A DNA stretch of 31,718 nucleotides from a virus (IMGVR_UViG_3300025034_000048:1-31718); one strand, 5' to 3'; numbered from the stretch's first letter, positions 1-11,100 are shown. Notes: generated from the letters alone by a model not told the origin. A program made the numbers and translations.

Positions 1-545
1 GAGATGTTAACGTTGGCTGTAGCCACTACAGCTAGATCAGACCTACGCCGAATCTGTATCTGTATTACCACCGAAGCGAACTTACTGGCTCCACTTGTTG
101 ACGTAGTTACTGAAGCACCCCAATCCCTTGATCCTCCGATAGCGCCAAGCTGAAGCCAAGTCCCATAGGAGCCAGACATAATAGCTCCATCTGGATTACT
201 CAGAATAGCGGCCATAGCGTCAAACCCTTCTGCAACTATGGTGCTCTCAGGATCTAGCCACTCTGTAAACGGAGGTATCTCCGTGAACGCCCCTCCATTT
301 AAAGACTGGCGCAGCTTGCCGCCAGTGGCCAGCCTGAACACCACTGAGGCCGTTCCCGGGGACTGCTTGGCCGCACTTAGATTCTTATTTGTCAGAGTTA
401 CTCCCCCAGTAGATGGAAGTATATCAACCCATGCGCCCGACGCTCGGCGCTTGCCGATGGTCAGGCTGACCCACGCACCTGCCGAACGGCGCTTTATTGT
501 CGTGAGAGTTACGTTCGCGCCACCTGATTTTCTTGTGAATGTCAT
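1..545 (-). CDS. Distal tail/fibre-associated protein, truncated by the window edge; missing from the ORF track
   Basis: ATG at 545, 3 nt after the stop of the fibre gene. The frame is open to position 1: MTFTRKSGGANVTLTTIKRRSAGAWVSLTIGKRRASGAWVDILPSTGG...VVATANVNIS. It has a duplicated KRRxxGAWV motif and a G/T/S/V-rich, beta-like composition. Confidence 0.75.
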   Translation of the reverse strand, partial: MTFTRKSGGANVTLTTIKRRSAGAWVSLTIGKRRASGAWVDILPSTGGVTLTNKNLSAAKQSPGTASVVFRLATGGKLRQSLNGGAFTEIPPFTEWLDPESTIVAEGFDAMAAILSNPDGAIMSGSYGTWLQLGAIGGSRDWGASVTTSTSGASKFASVVIQIQIRRRSDLAVVATANVNI

Positions 546-548
546 AGG

Positions 549-2501
549 TCACCAGAACCAAAGGTCGCCATCAGCCGCCGCTGCACCAGGATCGGCCGAC
601 TGGACGAAAACACGGGGCTGACTTGTGAGATTAAAGGGGGAGTTAGCATTGCCTCTACGGAATCCCGCCGTAGCGTCCAGAGTGCCAGTGAATTGCGCTC
701 CGTTAAGAGACCCATCCAGACGTGCAATCGGCCCTAGATCAGTGCCATCCACCATGACTCTCAGCCCACTGCCGTCTGTACCCCATCCAATAAACACCTT
801 ATTGGTGCCCTGTAGTGTACCGCCGCCCTGCTGCACTGGCGTAAAAGTTAGCCCGCTGCCAGCAGGCGCTTGCGCTTCCCACGCTATTCCGTTCCATGTG
901 GGCACGTTGCCAGTAACGGCCCCAGATTGCTGGATGCTGATAAGTGGGATCGTTATCGCTTGCGCCACCCACGTTGTTCCGTTCCATGTGGGGACGTTAC
1001 CGTTCGCGTGATTGGTAGCGAAGTTCCCAGAGTGCCACAGCGTATTGTTATTGATCGTAGCTCCGCTAGAGGTTAGCTTTAGAGTCGTGGTAGGATCTCC
1101 AGCAGAGTTCAGGCTAGATAAAGTTGTCGTTCCCCCCAACGTGGTAGCCCCAAGAAATTCATGTGGTGCCCCGCCTGCCCCACCGCCAAGCCGTAGGGAT
1201 GCAGTAGACCAGAAATTATTGGATATCCCGGCTAGCTGGAAGTGAGGATTGAGGCTATCGCCAAACGTTACCCTTCCCTCACCACTGGTAAATTGATCCA
1301 CCACAACTTCAGCCACACCGCTAATCCTGCCCCCAGTAACTACAGATCCTGAAGAGTTTGTCACCTGCGCGGCCGAAAATATCTCAACTCCGCTTGTGGA
1401 TACAATATTGAAATTATCCGCAAGAACTGTGAAGCTATTAGTCACCCCGTCATTATTGATCTCGTATCCGACTACTTTTCCGTTAACGTCTAGCTTCAGA
1501 AATGCGCGGGCCTCTAGACCGTTGATGCTGGTCTGCTGACTGCTGATGGTAGCCGTGTTGCCGTCAACCGTGGTGGACACGGTATTGATCTGGCTGGCTA
1601 GCGCCGAGTCCTGATCCGCTCGCGCTATGGCCTCGCTATTGATGGAAGCCGTATTGGCGTCAATCCTTCCGTCGGATATATTAACCCATGACGAGCCGTT
1701 CCACTGGTAGAGCTTATTACCGTCATCTGTATCGATCCACAGGTCATTGACTATAAGCGTGCCGTCATTCACTGGGGGAGTTGTCTGACTGAATATCCTG
1801 TTCCTAAGCCCGAACCGAGTATCCGATCTATCCGCCCATGAAGTGCCATTCCACACATACGTCCGATTGCCGTCATCAGTGTCTATCCATAAGTCACCCA
1901 CCGCGAACGGCCCGCCAGCCGGAGCGCTTGGCTGTACGAACACCCTATTCTTAGTTCCTACGGATGCTTCAAGGGAAGTTATCTGGCTGGCTTGCGCCGT
2001 CACCTGCCCGTCTATTACGGAGACCTCAGACTCAAGAGCGGTAAGCGCGGTAGCTGTAGCCTCTATTCGAGTATCGGCTACCAGCACCCATGAAGAGCCA
2101 TCCCAGGCACGCTGCTTGAAGCCGTCATCAGAATCGAACCACAAATCTCCGACGTTAAAAGGGAATTGAGGGTCTGCAACTGGCTCCGCAATTTGCACGA
2201 ATACTCGATTGAGGACGCCGAAACGTCCATCAGAAGTAGGCAACCAGCCTTCAGACGTGAAAGAATACAATTTGTTGTTGTCGTCTGTATCTACCCACAT
2301 ATCGTTAATCAGCAGATCACCCACCTCTTCACTGCCTTCAACAGGCATGTTGGGCTGGACAAATGTTCTATTACGTGCGGAGGCTTGCACTCCTACAGCC
2401 GTAATTGCAGTTTCAGCGTTCTGCAGCCTAACCGCAAAAGAATCAGACCTCCCAGACCCTAGTTGGGCAAAGAAAGCTTTCACGCCCGCTGAGTTACTCA
2501 T
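549..2501 (-). CDS. Tail fibre / central fibre protein with four DLWxDxDD repeats, coiled coil and DUF1983-like segment
   Basis: 650 aa, ATGA overlap with J. Four copies of NRxFxQ..P....(G/N)D(L/M)WxDxDD...W.G.SW. Heptad segments such as EAIARADQDSALASQINTV. LKLDVNGKVVGYEI...FTVLADNF resembles the C-terminal region of lambda-J-like proteins. C-terminal G(N)VPTWNG repeats. Confidence 0.8.
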   Translation of the reverse strand: MSNSAGVKAFFAQLGSGRSDSFAVRLQNAETAITAVGVQASARNRTFVQPNMPVEGSEEVGDLLINDMWVDTDDNNKLYSFTSEGWLPTSDGRFGVLNRVFVQIAEPVADPQFPFNVGDLWFDSDDGFKQRAWDGSSWVLVADTRIEATATALTALESEVSVIDGQVTAQASQITSLEASVGTKNRVFVQPSAPAGGPFAVGDLWIDTDDGNRTYVWNGTSWADRSDTRFGLRNRIFSQTTPPVNDGTLIVNDLWIDTDDGNKLYQWNGSSWVNISDGRIDANTASINSEAIARADQDSALASQINTVSTTVDGNTATISSQQTSINGLEARAFLKLDVNGKVVGYEINNDGVTNSFTVLADNFNIVSTSGVEIFSAAQVTNSSGSVVTGGRISGVAEVVVDQFTSGEGRVTFGDSLNPHFQLAGISNNFWSTASLRLGGGAGGAPHEFLGATTLGGTTTLSSLNSAGDPTTTLKLTSSGATINNNTLWHSGNFATNHANGNVPTWNGTTWVAQAITIPLISIQQSGAVTGNVPTWNGIAWEAQAPAGSGLTFTPVQQGGGTLQGTNKVFIGWGTDGSGLRVMVDGTDLGPIARLDGSLNGAQFTGTLDATAGFRRGNANSPFNLTSQPRVFVQSADPGAAAADGDLWFW

Positions 2502-5500
2502 TGATCCGTCTCCCTGTTAAGGTTTATAGTCCATAAACGTTCCCTGAAAGCTGCTGAAGCATCCGTCACTTTTACTTTCCATGTAGCAGACCATGAGGCT
2601 GTAAACTTGCCTAAGGGTCCGGAGAATGTCGGATCTATGGCGTTAGGATTGTCAATGGTAATAGCTCTACTACCTGAAACAAAAGACCATTCTACCACGT
2701 AGGGAGGGGCTCCGTCTACTACACCGGCGCCTGCGGATGTACTGGGAATGCAGGGGCTAGGTAAGAAGGCCAAACAAAAGCCGCCAGCCACGCCTCCGCC
2801 TGTAATAGTTAAATTGTTAGCCTTACGTATCAGTCGTACGTTCATGTGGGCGGTATTTACTATGTTCCCTGCATCCACGGTAGTAAGTCTAAACCTGGCA
2901 TTCAAGTCTAATGCAGTGATTCCTGTCGCCGGGGCAGAGAACGTAGGATTCAAAAATGTGGAGTCGTCAATGATCATGGTATCGCCGCTGATGAACGTCC
3001 AGCCGATAATAAAAGGCGGGGAACCTCCGGTTATGGTTACATTGGCTGTGGCAGCGGGTATACAAGGGATACTACCGGCAGCCGAGCATTCACCTGTAAT
3101 GTCGCTCAATTCGATAACGGTAGGTGCCGGAGGTGGCCCACTTGGAGGCAATGGATTACCGGAGCCCGGCGTAGTGCTGTCGCCAATTTCTTGCACATCT
3201 ATCGAAGACCGTAGTAGCCAATCTACACCACCATTCGAAGTGGATAAACCTATTGCATCTATGCGTCCGAAGACTTGGGTTGGCACATAAGGCTCACCGC
3301 TTTCAAAGACAACATTGGAAGGCCAATTTATCGTAAATTGCCCTCCTTGCACTATGAAAATGATTAGGATTTTATCGATTGGAATATCTTGAAATTCAAC
3401 CGCAGTTACTTGGGCATCGAGCAGAAGACTGTACTGTTCGGACACTAATCCATTGATGATGATTGATCCCACTGTATTAGCCGGAGGATCATCATAAATA
3501 ATAGGTATCTCCACCACAGGAAACTCAGGCTGCCCTACCTCGAACAATTCGGAAGTTCTAGGCAATGAAGATATGCCTGTAGCGCTGGTAGCCCAAACCT
3601 TAGCTGACCAGATTCCGGGATAAACATTTTCGAAATCGACCGTTAAGCCTTCGACAACTCTGGGCGGCGTCCAATCATCGTCACCTCTCCGCCATTGGAC
3701 AGTATAGAAAATTGCATTTGCAACTGGTTCCCAATGAGTTTCTAGTACATTGATAGCTTGCCCGTCTGCCAGCTTTACGAAATCCTGGACAGTGACAGTT
3801 GCAGGAGGTTGAATAGAAGTACTTGGTAGAAAGCTTGTCAGAGGTACTTGGACATCGAGGCCAAAATCTCCAGCAGCAAACTTCGAGGCATTATGTTCTA
3901 GAGCCGTGATTTGGTACCTATTAAAGTCCTTTTCCTCAACTTCCAAAACCCTGAATAGCTGCCCCACTACTTGAGCATCTTCAACGGCCCATATAGCATC
4001 TACAATTGGCACGCCAGGGAAAGTGGGCGTAACTGTAATCACATTGCCAGTCACATCTGACACGGTACTTTTAGCCGTGATTCCACTAGGCAACGTAACA
4101 GTAAGCGTGTTACCAATTACTACTGCCGGAATTGGCATGCTGTCGATTGTAACACTACTAGAGGTAGCCGCAGCTATGCGCCCACTTCTACGACTTCCTG
4201 TCCTATTACTATCAAACACCTTAATTATTTTGCCCGGAGCAGTGATGGCACCGTCCATCCCCGTCTCGAACGAAATAGTGTTAGTTTCCAATTTCTCTGA
4301 AAGCAAAATCCAGCGCCCCATACGCTCAGCCGCGCCTAGAGATATGCCCCCAATTGAGGTCACCTCAATTACTTGGACGCCGTAGCGCGCTATACCCTCC
4401 TGATCAGCTACATAATGAATCTGCGGAGAACCGAAACGCTTAATATCGCTCCAACTTACCAAGGCCACAGTATGGCGTGCTCTCCTTGAACTACCGGAAT
4501 AAGTAAATTCGCCCTGAAGTACATTACTGTTGCTGTAGGAATATACAGGGTCTTCAGGTTTATCCGCTACAGCGACTATTTGCCCGCCAGCCCAATAAGC
4601 AATACCTCGGAACAGAGATGCCAGATCTTGAATCACCTTAAAAGCTTCAGTGGCCGTCTGTAAATAGATATTGGCGACAAACCTAGGTTCAAGTCCACCT
4701 ACACCATCGTCTACCATTTCATCAGCGTACTGGCCAATATTGAATAGAGCCCACTTATCTACTAAAGCCTCATCCAACAAATTACCAAGACCGTAGACGG
4801 GATGTGTTATTAAATCGAAAAACACCCAGGCGGGATTATTAGAGTAAGCGAGTTGAAAAGTTCCATTCCAAACTCCGGTATAAACACGAGTAACCGGATT
4901 GTAATTGGATGGGACCCGAATAATACGACCCTTCATGTGATATGCACGTGTAGGTATATTTTGAAATTGCGATGCATCTACGATTACACCTACCAAGGCA
5001 CTATTTGGCATACGTAATTTGACATCAACAATTTCAGCTACGGATTGTACAAGCATTGTATCCTGCGTAAATTGCGAATTCTCGTTAGGGGTTATTCTTT
5101 GGATTCGCAATACCCAGCCTGACCCGGTAGTCGGAGGTAAATCAATTCTGTGGCTGCGTTCGAAGTTTTGATTGGTCTTACCCCTAAATGCTCCGTTGAA
5201 CACTACTTCAAAAGCGCCTCCGTTAGTCGCCAATTCAATTTTGTAAGCAATATTGTGACCTCCTGTATTGCCTGTTTTTTTATCAACTTTGGTTAATGCA
5301 GGCACCGCAAGCCGTATACGAACTGCCGACAAGGACAAGTTTGTAAATGATCGAGTGAAATCGACCGTCAGACCTGGACCATTGTTAGTTAATTCAAGGC
5401 CAACAGCAGTCTCACTTTCAACCTCCGGGAAGTTAGATATATGATCCTGATCCTGAGTGCCTGTACGCGAATCGACCGTAACGTCCCTAAAATTAAATGA

Positions 5501-5716
5501 TCCGTCACTATTCATTAAGGGAGTTTGATCTAAAAATACGCTCTCCAAGCCGTTAACTAGGCCTACAATCTCACCCTCACTAACAAGATCCAAAATCCGG
5601 GCGTACGCAGTCGAACGCAGCGTATCCGGACCTTCAACCGGCGCACCAGAGGACGGAGCTTTGCCGCCCCCCGAACCTGTAATTAGATTTTTATTACTCC
5701 CGGACGATACCGCCAT
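2498..5716 (-). CDS. J: Tail tip / host specificity protein J (lambda gpJ-like) with FN3-like domain and an extra C-terminal module
   Basis: Hallmark motifs ILDLVSEGEIVGLVNG, AYSNNPAWVFFDL and GLEPRFVANIYL; follows gpI. Start placed at ATG 5716 (GGAGG upstream) rather than the track's 5749. Confidence 0.92.
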   Translation of the reverse strand: MAVSSGSNKNLITGSGGGKAPSSGAPVEGPDTLRSTAYARILDLVSEGEIVGLVNGLESVFLDQTPLMNSDGSFNFRDVTVDSRTGTQDQDHISNFPEVESETAVGLELTNNGPGLTVDFTRSFTNLSLSAVRIRLAVPALTKVDKKTGNTGGHNIAYKIELATNGGAFEVVFNGAFRGKTNQNFERSHRIDLPPTTGSGWVLRIQRITPNENSQFTQDTMLVQSVAEIVDVKLRMPNSALVGVIVDASQFQNIPTRAYHMKGRIIRVPSNYNPVTRVYTGVWNGTFQLAYSNNPAWVFFDLITHPVYGLGNLLDEALVDKWALFNIGQYADEMVDDGVGGLEPRFVANIYLQTATEAFKVIQDLASLFRGIAYWAGGQIVAVADKPEDPVYSYSNSNVLQGEFTYSGSSRRARHTVALVSWSDIKRFGSPQIHYVADQEGIARYGVQVIEVTSIGGISLGAAERMGRWILLSEKLETNTISFETGMDGAITAPGKIIKVFDSNRTGSRRSGRIAAATSSSVTIDSMPIPAVVIGNTLTVTLPSGITAKSTVSDVTGNVITVTPTFPGVPIVDAIWAVEDAQVVGQLFRVLEVEEKDFNRYQITALEHNASKFAAGDFGLDVQVPLTSFLPSTSIQPPATVTVQDFVKLADGQAINVLETHWEPVANAIFYTVQWRRGDDDWTPPRVVEGLTVDFENVYPGIWSAKVWATSATGISSLPRTSELFEVGQPEFPVVEIPIIYDDPPANTVGSIIINGLVSEQYSLLLDAQVTAVEFQDIPIDKILIIFIVQGGQFTINWPSNVVFESGEPYVPTQVFGRIDAIGLSTSNGGVDWLLRSSIDVQEIGDSTTPGSGNPLPPSGPPPAPTVIELSDITGECSAAGSIPCIPAATANVTITGGSPPFIIGWTFISGDTMIIDDSTFLNPTFSAPATGITALDLNARFRLTTVDAGNIVNTAHMNVRLIRKANNLTITGGGVAGGFCLAFLPSPCIPSTSAGAGVVDGAPPYVVEWSFVSGSRAITIDNPNAIDPTFSGPLGKFTASWSATWKVKVTDASAAFRERLWTINLNRETDQ

Positions 5717-6344
5717 TGAAACCGCCTCCCGGACCAAAACCTGGGCCAAAACCTAAGGGTGTAGGAACAAAAATATCTTCGCTGATAATACCCGCACTTA
5801 CAACTGCACTTCCAATAATCAGTTCACCGTACAACACAGGGACGGGATTGCCTTGCGCTGTCGTATTTACCGGACCTCCAAAAGCGTAGCTGGGGGGTCG
5901 ATCTTCTTTACGTTTGTCTTTAGGCAGCGGGGACAGTAATTGAATTACGCCACCAAAAATCATAGCTATGCCGGTACTGATAAGTCCTGTCGCAACCGGC
6001 CCAGTTTTAATAAGCAATGCCCCAACAATGATTAAAACTGCCCCAGCTATGATCTGTAGAATACCAGCGTTCTTGGAACCGCACAGTATGGGGGCAATCC
6101 GAATATCATTATTCCCTGGGTTATTATTTAATTCGGATACGGATAGATTGTGCTTACCGTGGAAAACTGCAAAAGCCATACCTTTATCTTTAGCTTGCAA
6201 TAAAAATGCTTCAAAACCCTTGTACTGACTGCACAAAGCTCTAACAGCCTCAGCAGGACTACTTATTGCGAGCTTATGCATGCGTCCGAATCTAGCCCCT
6301 AAAACTCCGTAGAGCCTGATAGTTCTCAATGTCATGTTGGACAT
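5694..6344 (-). CDS. I: Tail assembly protein I (lambda gpI-like)
   Basis: IRLYGVLGARFGR...SPAEAVRAL and SYAFGGPVNTTAQGNPVPVLYGE..IGSAVVSAG; lies between K and J. Confidence 0.92.
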   Translation of the reverse strand: MSNMTLRTIRLYGVLGARFGRMHKLAISSPAEAVRALCSQYKGFEAFLLQAKDKGMAFAVFHGKHNLSVSELNNNPGNNDIRIAPILCGSKNAGILQIIAGAVLIIVGALLIKTGPVATGLISTGIAMIFGGVIQLLSPLPKDKRKEDRPPSYAFGGPVNTTAQGNPVPVLYGELIIGSAVVSAGIISEDIFVPTPLGFGPGFGPGGGFNGGIVRE

Positions 6345-6345
6345 A

Positions 6346-7089
6346 TTAGCCTCCTAGCTCTTTATGACGTAAGTACATGCGTGTATTGTACTTCCAATAA
6401 CCGCCATATACCTCGATGCTGGATAGCCGGTTATACAGATGATGTAGCATTTTGCCTTCACCGATGTAAATACCTGCATGATTGATTACCGGTGCGCGAA
6501 TCTGCATGAGGATTAAATCCCCTTTTTGCTCGGCCTCAGATATAGGCACGAATCCGGCACGTTCGAAATTCTCCATGTACATATCACCTCCATGTTCCCA
6601 CCATAGATCTCGACGCGGTATATCAATCAAAGTTACGCCTAATTCCTCCCTATAATAGTCTTGCATCATGCTGTAGCAATCCAATACACCAAAGGCGTAT
6701 GAGCGGCCGACTAAAGGCGCTTTATACCCTGTAGGTTCAAACGAATGGACGGCTACAACCTGCGGTTCGGGATGATCGCTATCCTTAAAGACGGCAAGTA
6801 TATGCCAAGGCAATCCCGAAGTTTCGCACCCCACTAAATCACTCTGCGAGGGCCTTGCAGCGGTATTAGGATGACTGTGCACAATACCGACTATCTTACC
6901 TATATCTTCAGCGTCGGCATAGTCCTGTGGATCCAATACGAAATGTTCGCTGGGAGTCTCGGCTAAATTATGGCAGGCAAAGTAGAATTCAGAGTCCCCG
7001 GAGCCGGCTGAGATTATAAGCCCGCAAGCCTCTCTAGGAAACTCCTTAAAAGCATGTGCTGAAGCCTGCTGTAGAGTGTTGGCATCCAT
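6346..7089 (-). CDS. K: Tail assembly protein K (JAB/MPN plus NlpC/P60)
   Basis: PREACGL, IVHSHP...PSQSD (JAB); GVLDCYS...NHAGIYIG..MLHH (NlpC/P60). Confidence 0.93.
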   Translation of the reverse strand: MDANTLQQASAHAFKEFPREACGLIISAGSGDSEFYFACHNLAETPSEHFVLDPQDYADAEDIGKIVGIVHSHPNTAARPSQSDLVGCETSGLPWHILAVFKDSDHPEPQVVAVHSFEPTGYKAPLVGRSYAFGVLDCYSMMQDYYREELGVTLIDIPRRDLWWEHGGDMYMENFERAGFVPISEAEQKGDLILMQIRAPVINHAGIYIGEGKMLHHLYNRLSSIEVYGGYWKYNTRMYLRHKELGG

Positions 7090-7093
7090 TTAG

Positions 7094-7792
7094 CTATCTC
7101 CGTACCAAATCCGCGGCAGGGAAACTGCCAAAGGGTAATGGATTTGTTGCACCAAACCGTAATTTACACGAAGACAATCTACCACCACAATCATCCAATA
7201 AGGGATCTGCAGTCGGAGTATCGTCGGGCAGCGCTACAGGGGGGCCTATATAGCCGCAGTAAGGTCCTCGATAGCCGCCGATTACGATCCATTGGCAAAA
7301 ATTAGTTAGTATTTGGCGCCTAGGCAGTTTTACGCCTTGAAAATCTAGAGCACTAGCTAATTCCCATTCGATTACCGAGGAAGTCTCTTGAGTTTTACGC
7401 TCTAGGAACCATAATTCAGGGGCAAGCTCTTGCAAAGGATCTGCAGATGGATTACCGCCAGGAAAATTGACGGCATCAAGGTATTTTACCATAGTTCGCC
7501 GGCGTATTAGTCGCGCACCTATCAAATCATCCAGGGTTAACACTAAAGCTGTCAAGGCGCCTTGCAGATTACTGGCGCGTATAAGAGGCGTCGCTAATTT
7601 ATCGCCCGTGCGAATAAATCCTTCCGACTCGATAGGCCATGGAGCATACTCTAATCCCTGCCAGAATATCGGCCCCACCTGAGTATGTGCATGGAATCGC
7701 AGAATGCTACCGCCAATGTTGAGTGCGTTTAGTTCGAACAACTCAATGAAGCTGCCCGGATCTAATTTTTGAATGTCCGCGGTTACGGTCAT
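7094..7792 (-). CDS. L: Minor tail protein L (four conserved Cys, Fe-S binding in lambda gpL)
   Basis: RRRTMVKYLDAVNF, CQW...YRGPYCGY, DDCGGRLSSCKLRFG..LPFGSFP. Confidence 0.93.
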   Translation of the reverse strand: MTVTADIQKLDPGSFIELFELNALNIGGSILRFHAHTQVGPIFWQGLEYAPWPIESEGFIRTGDKLATPLIRASNLQGALTALVLTLDDLIGARLIRRRTMVKYLDAVNFPGGNPSADPLQELAPELWFLERKTQETSSVIEWELASALDFQGVKLPRRQILTNFCQWIVIGGYRGPYCGYIGPPVALPDDTPTADPLLDDCGGRLSSCKLRFGATNPLPFGSFPAADLVRR

Positions 7793-8124
7793 GGCGCAAA
7801 CACCTCCTTAAAGGTTACATCCAACTGAAACACGTCTGCGCCCATGTCAGTGATTTGATACTCGTCTGCTAAATACAGCCCTGTTATACCTAGTGGCGGT
7901 GTCCAGTTGAACGATGTATGGCCCTGCAAGCCGTCTAAGAAATCCTTTACCGGAGTTAATGCTGCGGTTTTACCTACGAAGGAAAGAGACCAACTCTGGA
8001 TTTTTGTGTTAATACCGTCGCCGACAGTCTGGACATAACCATCGCCAAATTGAGAGCTGCGTGTGCGATGCTTAACTTCGCCTCGCGCCCCCACCGTAGG
8101 TTTAAAAGTAAATGTACTAGGCAT
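7789..8124 (-). CDS. M: Minor tail protein M (distal tail)
   Basis: QFGDGYVQTVGDGIN and SFNWTPP; directly after the tape measure gene. Confidence 0.9.
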   Translation of the reverse strand: MPSTFTFKPTVGARGEVKHRTRSSQFGDGYVQTVGDGINTKIQSWSLSFVGKTAALTPVKDFLDGLQGHTSFNWTPPLGITGLYLADEYQITDMGADVFQLDVTFKEVFAP

Positions 8125-11100
8125 TTATCAATTTCCACAATACGCCGCCAGGGCGACCTTCTTTAGCTAGAATTGTTTTAACTCCGACTTCAATCAAGCT
8201 ACCCAACTCCTTGGCGTCACGATTTTTAGTATCGGAATTCGTCGATGTTGAGGTATTATTCCCTGAGACCACTACATTGATGGAAGTGTTATTAGTTACG
8301 CTAGTACCGCCCAACCTGTTATTAGGGATGACTTCACCGCCGGAACCTCCTGTAAGCAGGAAATCTTTGTTATTCTGCCGGAAGACTTCGAAGCCATTTT
8401 CATTCACTTGACCTAATTTATTCGCTCCGACTAAACCTCCGCTAGCAGCATGAAAGGTGACTGCAGGCAGGGAGCCTGAAGACGCTCCAGCCCCAGCCGA
8501 TGCGCCGCCGCCAAGCGCGCTAGCCAAGACACTACCTAAAACACTGAATAAGCCGCCAAGCAAGCCTTTACCTGTATTAGCTATGCCGGTGAATAGTTCG
8601 CCGAACAGCGCTGTCATAATAGGTTTTACGATGCCAACTTGCACAATAAAATCCAACATAGATTGCAAAATGTCACTAAACATTTTCTTGAAACCTCCCG
8701 AGGTACGTGTAAATAGGCTCGAGAAGGTCTGCGTCATGGTAGATTCAACACTGCGTAGTAGACTGCGTATGCTAATACCGAAACGTTGTTGCCTATCCAA
8801 CATCTCGGCCAGTGCTTTATCATCCACTTTAGCGCGTAGTTCTGCTCCGCGTTGGGTGGTAATAAGTTTTTGATTTTCGGCTTCGGTAATAATCCGCAAG
8901 CTTTCGGATTGTGCCCTAGCGGATTTCTCTGCCCCAGACCCTAAGCTAGATTCCAATGAGTCCAAAGACCTACGCAACTGCTCTATGCTTTTTTTGGATT
9001 CCTCAAAGGCTTGCTTTTTATTCCAAGCCTCGATGAACTCCCTCACCTTTGGATTTACCTCAACCAATGTAGACCCTTGCAGCGCTAAAAGACCGTTAAG
9101 CTCTTCCAAGGACTTTTTAAACTCTTCTACCGCCGCAGTACGGTTCTGGTTCACTTCGAATTGCGGCGTAGTAGCTAGTAAGGGCGAAACATTAGGAACG
9201 GCCAATTTAGAGAGCTGTTTTGATACTGCCGCATTAGCCCTCTCAAGATCTTGCGGCAGAGATTCCAATTTGCTTAACTTTTCCTCTCCTTTGGAGATTT
9301 CCAAAAACATTGCAGCCAGCTGCTGCTCCAAAGTGCTAGCCTCAAATCCAGCAGTTTTCAATTTGGCGGCTAAATCATCAAACACACTCCCTACGCCTTT
9401 TTTATCTTCCGGCGCACTGGCTAAAAGGTTGCGGGCCTGAATTAGAGCTCTCGTCGAGGCTAGAGCTGAGGTCCCTCGCTTGGCAGCCGCAACTTGCTGC
9501 GTAGTTTCCTTGAACTTGTTAACGCTCTCCTCGACACTTTTCGCCCAACTTTCCCACTTCTTGGAGGATTCTTCCAGCTCTTTCGTCTCCGGAGCTACGA
9601 TATTCAGCCCATTTAAAGCAGATATGGCCACTGTAACTCGCTGCAGATTACCCTCGAGACCCAACACCGCAGCTTTAGCCTCGTTAACCCTATCGGTATT
9701 TACAACTTGCCGACGAATCAATCCGCGTATTTCCGGAACCTTTGCGAGTTTCAGATTTTCCTGCGCCGTCCTAAGCTGTTCTGCTATTTCATTGCGTCTA
9801 GCAGTAGCCTGCGCCAGCAACCGGCTATGCACTTGCGTGCTGATTTCACCGATTTCACGAAACAGGGCAATTTGACCGCGGAGCGAGGTAAGCCATTCAC
9901 CGTTTTTGGTAATAGTAGAAGTTGTTTGTTTTTCTGTCCCGCTCAGTGCGAGCGTAAGCCCTATCGAAGCTGCTGAAAGTCCAAGCAATATAGGGTTCAA
10001 TCGTGTCAAAGTAGCAGATGCAAAACCTACAGCTAATATAGCGGTGCGCAACTTCAATAGGGCACTTATAGCCGCGAAAATCCCAATTTCCAATTTGCTC
10101 AAGAACGCAAGGAAAAGTAACCCACCAGCAGCACCTGCCGCCCCTACTATTACTTTGCGAATGTTACCGAATTGAGCGGTAAAATCTTTTAAGACGTTAG
10201 TCGTCCTACTAACTACTCCGGTCAGAGTGTCGGTAATGCCAGTCAATTCTTCGAGGGCTGCCAGAGACTCAAACACTGTTGTCTTCAGCGTACCGAATTG
10301 GCCTGTCAGACTTTTAGCGTTGATTGCAGCTGCCGGCCCAAAAATCTCCTTAAAAGCTGCGGCCATTTTAGGTAGCAGTTCATCCGGCAATACTTCGCCG
10401 GCGCGTATCATCTCCGTGAATTCCTTTTGAGTAACACCCATAGATTTTGCGGCGATGGCGAAAGCGCCTGGTATCTGATCACCTAACTGCCTCCGCAGCT
10501 CTTCCATGGTAACCACGCCCTTTGAGATCATCTGCTCAAAGGCTAAAAATACTTGGCCTGTACGTTGGGAATCTAGCTTAAAAGCTTGCGCAGCTATAAT
10601 CGCACCCTCAAATACGTTGTTCATCTGATCCAAGGATAAATTGGACAGACGGGCTGAGGTGGCAAACTTATTGAATGGATCGACGATGCTACGCACATCC
10701 ACACCGAGCTTCCCTGCAAAAGCACTCAGCTCACCAAACTGCTCAGCTGCTAGCAGGCTGCTGCCTGTAGCCACTGTCAGCCCGGCTGTAAACTTCTGCA
10801 TGTCGATGCCGGCTTTAGTTACGGCAACACTTAAAGTTGCAACCCCAAAGCCTACGGCGGTAATTCCTGCCACAGTCAATGCTAGGGCCTTCGTGGTCTC
10901 ACTAAACAATGAGGTCAAAACAGATAGACGAGCGCCGACACCTGACAAGGGGCCTAAAGTCAAGGTAGCCGAACGTGACAGATCCCGTAAAAAGGAAGTA
11001 AAGCCTCCGCCGGGCGATGTTCCCAATGCAGCTCCTGCGGTACTAACTGCCTTTAATGCCGCCGCAGCCCTGCTGGCCTCAGCATTTTGTTTTGCTGTGT

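Noticed and set aside
870-1010. DGR template/variable repeat pair in the fibre C-terminus
   Set aside because: Short in-frame NVPTWNG duplication without an adenine-specific mismatch pattern; no reverse transcriptase in the window.
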